Position numbers and translations under genes: made by a program. This document shows positions 59,519 to 64,000 of a stretch of 64,000 nt of DNA, in pieces. Where the stretch lies: the NCBI RefSeq assembly GCF_004010195.1, contig NC_057754.1, positions 7,826,725 to 7,890,724 on the forward strand, in the 5' to 3' direction. The notes under the pieces are model-generated. The model worked only from the letters and a program-made list of their open reading frames with translations, was not told the DNA's origin and made no database searches. This DNA is from Chiloscyllium plagiosum (taxonomy: Eukaryota). Each line of letters starts with the position of its first letter. Position 1 is the stretch's first letter.

Positions 59519-62052
59519 CTGATCTCAGGGTGCAGGTACGTACTTCCTTGGAAGTAGGGTTGCACGTAGGCAGGGTGTTGAAGGTGTTTGGCACACCTGC
59601 CTGCATTGGTTATAACATGAAGTATCGAAATTGGGATGTCATATTATAGCTATTCAGGACACCACTGAGGCCACCTTCTGTAGGAAGGATGTTGTTAAAC
59701 TTGAATAGGTGCAGAAAAGATATACAAGGATGTTGCCAGAACTGGAGGGTTTGGAGGGAAATGTTGAATAGGCTGGGGCTTTTATCCCCGTAACGTCAAA
59801 GACTGAGGGGTGACCTTCTAGAGGTTTATAAAAATTATGAGGGGTGTGGATAGTCTTTTTCCGAGAGTGGGGACGTCCAAAGGTGGAGCACAGAGGTTTA
59901 AGGTGAGAGGGGAAAGATTTGAAAAGGACCTGCGGGGTCCTTTTTCACACAGAGGGTGGTACATGTATTGCACGAGCTGCCAGGCCAAGTGGTGGAGGCT
60001 AGTACAACATTTGAAAGGCATCTGGAAGAACACATGATAGGAAGGGGTTAGAGGGAAATCAGCCAAATTCTGACATATGGCACTGGGTCAGATTGGAATA
60101 TCTGGTCGCTGCAGAGGAGTTGGACCAAAGGGTCTGTTTCCATGCTGTGTGACTATGTCAATCCTTCCATACCAGGGAACATCCTAGTGGACCTTTTCTG
60201 CGCCATCTGCAATGAAATAGTTCCTTAAATGAGGGGACCAGTACTGCTCAGGGTACTCCAGATGTGGTCTCACCAGCACCTTGCACAGTTGCAGTCAGAC
60301 TTCCACACCCACATATTCCAACTCCCTTGAAATAAGGGATAACATTGCAGTTGCCTTCCTGATTGCCTCCTGCACCAGTGTGCTAACTGCGGATGTCCGT
60401 ACATAACATGGATGACAGTGATCCAAGATGGCGGCTCACTGCTACCTTCTCAAGGACTGTTACCACACCCTCTGAAGGAATAACAAAAAAAAAACAAAGC
60501 ACAATAAATATTCAGCACGTCAGGCTTCAGGTCGCTTACCAGGTCAGCTGTGAAGTGAGATGAAGGTAAGTTCAATCCTGGTGAAAGTCACCTGACCTCC
60601 TCAAGTGCCAGCCGATCTGATGAGTAGCACCAAGGCTTTCTGCTGGATGTAGTTCTTAAGGGTGGGAGTGTAAGCTGCATTGACGGAGCACGTTATCGAT
60701 AAAGGCACGCCAGGGCACCTCACTGTGTGTGTGTGTGTGAGACACACACACACCAATAGATTATTAGGGGGAGAAAGGGAAGGAGGGAGTTACGACTGCA
60801 CCTTCCCCACCTCCTGGTGCTGCCCAGCGTGCTGTGTTCTTCCAGGCTCCTGTCTGTCTTCCAGCATCTGCAGTTTTTTTGTCTCCCAAGGCTGATTAAT
60901 GAAGCACCCATATTGCTGTTGCAATTTGGAATATGTAACTTTAATCCAAATTCCAATGTAGAAAAGATGCGCACTCGTTAAATTGTGTAATTGGCATTGA
61001 TGGTTTCCACAGGGAGAGAGGGCATAATTGACTCGGAGAGATACAAAGCAGTTGTCTACAATGAAATTCAATAGCACAGTGACAGGGTTTCTCTGGCTCA
61101 CTGAGCTGAGGCAGCGAGCATCTGTATTGGGGGAACCCAGCAGATTCAGTTCCGATTGATCGTCACCGATTGACTTCAGCTTGGGTGTTTATATCGGCTG
61201 TCTGGCTTCCTAACTCTCTCAGCGGGACTTCTCAAAACATTTCTTTGTATTTGAAACGGTGCTCTGTAAATGCAAGTTGTTAGCTTTGGGAGCTCTGTGT
61301 TAAGAAGAGGGCAGTCATCCAGGCTTTCCACTCCTTCCTGCCACCCTCTCATGGCTTGTCCATCATCCTTCCCATTTGAGCTCCTGCTAACTCTAGCTTG
61401 GAAGATGTGGCTTGAGTCAGTCACTGGATTACTCCGTACCTCGCTGAGGAAACCCAGGCCACTATTTATCCTTCAAATGTGACGAGGGAAAGACATGTTT
61501 GAGATGTATAAAATTATGAGGGGCATCAATAGAGTAGACAGGAAGAAACATTTCCCCTTGATGGAGGGATCAGTGACTGAATGCATGATGTAGGGACAGC
61601 GGGCAGAGGGTTTGGAGGTGATATGAGGGAAAGTATTTTCGCCCTGAGGGTGGTGGAAATGTGGAACTCGCTGCTTGTAACATATGGTTGAAGCAGAAAG
61701 CCTTACAACGGGCTCAGCGATTAGCACTGCTGCCTCACAGCGCCAGGGACCCAGGTTAATTTCCACCCTCGGGCGGCTGTCTGTGTGCAGTTCGCATGTT
61801 TTCCCTGTGCCTGTGTGGATTTCTTCCCACAGTCCAAAGAATGTGCAGGTTAGGTAGATTGGCCATGGGAAATGCAGGATTACAGGCGGAGGGTATCTCA
61901 GTGGGATGCTGTTCGGAGGGTTGGTGTGGACTCCATGGGCTGAATGGCTTACTTCCACACTGGAGGGATTCTATGATTGATGAAGTACTTAGCTGTGAAC
62001 TTGTGATGTCCCAGGTCTACAAAGCTGTGGGCCAAATGAAGGGAAATGGGAT

Positions 62053-62315
62053 TAGAACATAGAACAGTACAGCACAGAACAGGCCCTTCAGCCCACGATG
62101 TTGTGCCGACCACTGATCCTCATGTATGCACCCTCAAATTTCTGTGACCATATGCATGTCCAGGAGTCTCTTAAATGTCCCCTATGACCCTGCCTCCACA
62201 ACTGCTGCTGGCAACTCATTCCATGCTCTCACAACTCTCTGTGTAAAGAACCCGCCTCTGACATCCCCTCTATACTTTCCTCCAACCAGCTTAAAACTTT
62301 GACCTCTCGTGTTAG
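62053..62315 (-). mobile_element. CR1 3' end
   Basis: FFTQRVVRAWNELP and tagaacatagaac tail. Confidence 0.88.
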
Positions 62316-64000
62316 TCATAATTAGAATAGCTAAGTGGCTGTGACAGGCACAGACGCAATGGGCCTTTTTCATTACAGTAGACATCCATAACCCTATGAC
62401 ATTATTTGAGGCAGCACGGTGGCTTAGTGGCTAGCACTGCTGCCCCACAGCTCCAGGGACCTGGGTTCGATCCCACCCTTGGGTGACTGTCTGTGTGGAG
62501 TTTGCACATTCTCCCCTGTGTCTGCGTGGGTTTCTTCCCGCAGTCCAAAAATGTGCAGGTCAGGGTGGATTGGCTGTGCTAAATTGCCCATAGTGTTAGG
62601 TGCATTAATCAGAGGGGAATGGGTCTGGGTGGGTTACTCTTCGGAGGGGGTCGGTGTGGACTGGTTGGGCTGAAGGGCCTGTTTCCACACTGTAGGGAAT
62701 CTAATCTAATTATCTGGTCATTAGCTTAATCCTAAATCGAACACTAAAGCATGACCAGGTTGTTTTTGGAATCTTGATGGATGCTAATGGACTCTCCTGT
62801 TGCCAGAAACGTGCCTAAACTTGGAAGAGGTGCTCGAGTGGCTTTGGAGATGTCCTTTGGCTGTGGAAAGTGCTGTTTAAGTACTGACCTTAGCTTCCAG
62901 CCTTGTGAGGAGTTCCCGTCAGGGCAGCAGGCAAGAAATAGAAATTTGTAAACGTGAGAAGAAGATCTCAACAGCTCCCTCACACTTTTCTGAGGCAAGT
63001 CATGCTCGTACCTCAGTGAACTATGAACAACAGAGTCTCCCAGTGGTGTGAGGTGGAGTTGAGAGGTTCAGCTGTCCTTCAGGTTACCGCCTTGCTCTCC
63101 GCATTTCTGGTGCAGCTTAAGGAAGTATCGAATCCCAGTTGCAGGAATGGGTCATCCGAGCCAGCTCTACCACTCAGTCTGACCACAGCAACTCAGTACC
63201 CTGTTCCTGGTTTCTCCCCTGTATCCCTTGAATCATTTGTGTTTTCAGCACAGCTTGCTATCATGGAGCTTTTATTATAGTATCAGCAGCTGAAGTAAAA
63301 TGGCGGGGGGGGGGTTTGGGGGGGGGGGGGGGGGGGGGGGGTTGGGTGTGGAAGTTGGTCTCGATTTCTCAAAACTTGGTGCAAAACCTCTCACACTGCA
63401 GCAGCGCGAGTGTTGGCGCTCTCCATGCATGTGCTTAATCTGCAAACAATTTAAATACGTACTCAAGATAACTGTTCTTCCAAGTCCTGGCCAAAAGGAC
63501 TGTTTTTCCCACAAGAAAAGTAATTTGTATTCCTCTCTGCTTTTTTTTAAATGGAAGGCAAATGCATCTGAAAGCTCCGCAAATCCGCTCCTTTATCTGC
63601 CTGTCACCTGCTGTTTGAAGGCTGATGTAGAAGGAGAGACCGCAGAACGATAACAGCCTTTGCTTCAGCTCCTGGGCAGGATTTCTTGGAAGTAAATTTG
63701 TTCAGCTTAGTCCCGTGATTGATTAAGATAATGGCTTGAGAGTAGTCATTCAGTCATCCAGTAACTGTGCACATTGCCACTCATGGGATTTTGACTTGGA
63801 AAGCAAAAGCAAACTGCTGCATTATTTTAGTGCCTTCCACAACCAGACTTTTTGCTAAGCAGTTACAGAATCCCTACAGTGCAGAAAGAGGCCATTTGAC
63901 CTGTCAAATCTGCACCGACCCACCAAAGAGCATCCAGCCCCAACCCTATCCCCAGGGCTAACCCACCTAGCCTGCACATCCCTGGGACACTATGGGCAAT

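Larger units (their letters stand above)
54980..60160 (+). mobile_element. Near-full-length decayed CR1 LINE (ORF1 + ORF2 + 3' UTR) with three nested insertions
   Basis: ORF1 CSSCQM zinc-finger start, IPISNKYAVL, SGNH-esterase motifs VIGD..VCCFLGARVRDV..VVVHVGTD..KRDGFHLN. ORF2 [47 protein letters not shown]. Confidence 0.9.

Noticed and set aside
60724..60752. (TG)n-(CA)n mini-hairpin
   Set aside because: Adjacent complementary microsatellites; common and uninformative.
63305..63342. Poly-G run (also 39359-39377) with G-quadruplex potential
   Set aside because: Simple homopolymer of unreliable length; no supporting context.
38811..64000. Nested LRFN4-like gene (known inside a mammalian PC intron)
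   Set aside because: No leucine-rich-repeat, Ig or FN3 ORF is seen on either strand in this window.

Overview
Repeat-rich vertebrate DNA, almost certainly from an elasmobranch (shark or ray), judged from abundant HE1-type V-SINEs, HER1/CR1 LINEs and a SacSINE1-like DeuSINE. The main gene is pyruvate carboxylase (PC, + strand). Six coding exons (17533-38810; 136, 185, 166, 146, 118 and 152 nt) encode the mitochondrial leader and most of the biotin-carboxylase domain. Intron 2 has a non-canonical GC donor, and no further PC exon is visible in the remaining ~25 kb. About 8 kb upstream lies a single intact, orphan complement C4-like exon (9477-9592). Its phase-0 donor is in frame with the PC ATG exon and is buried in a hairpin, but an assembly gap inside a young CR1 separates the two, so a misjoin is possible. 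At least four Penelope-like element (PLE) families are present, many as short fold-back insertions with clean target-site duplications (TSDs), and each family carries its own minimal hammerhead ribozyme motif. Other features are a 711-bp solo LTR nested in a decayed full-length CR1, two short locally templated insertions, and a frame-preserving 27-bp minisatellite. Family assignments are from recalled consensus sequences and motifs; no database search was run, and repeat boundaries are approximate.
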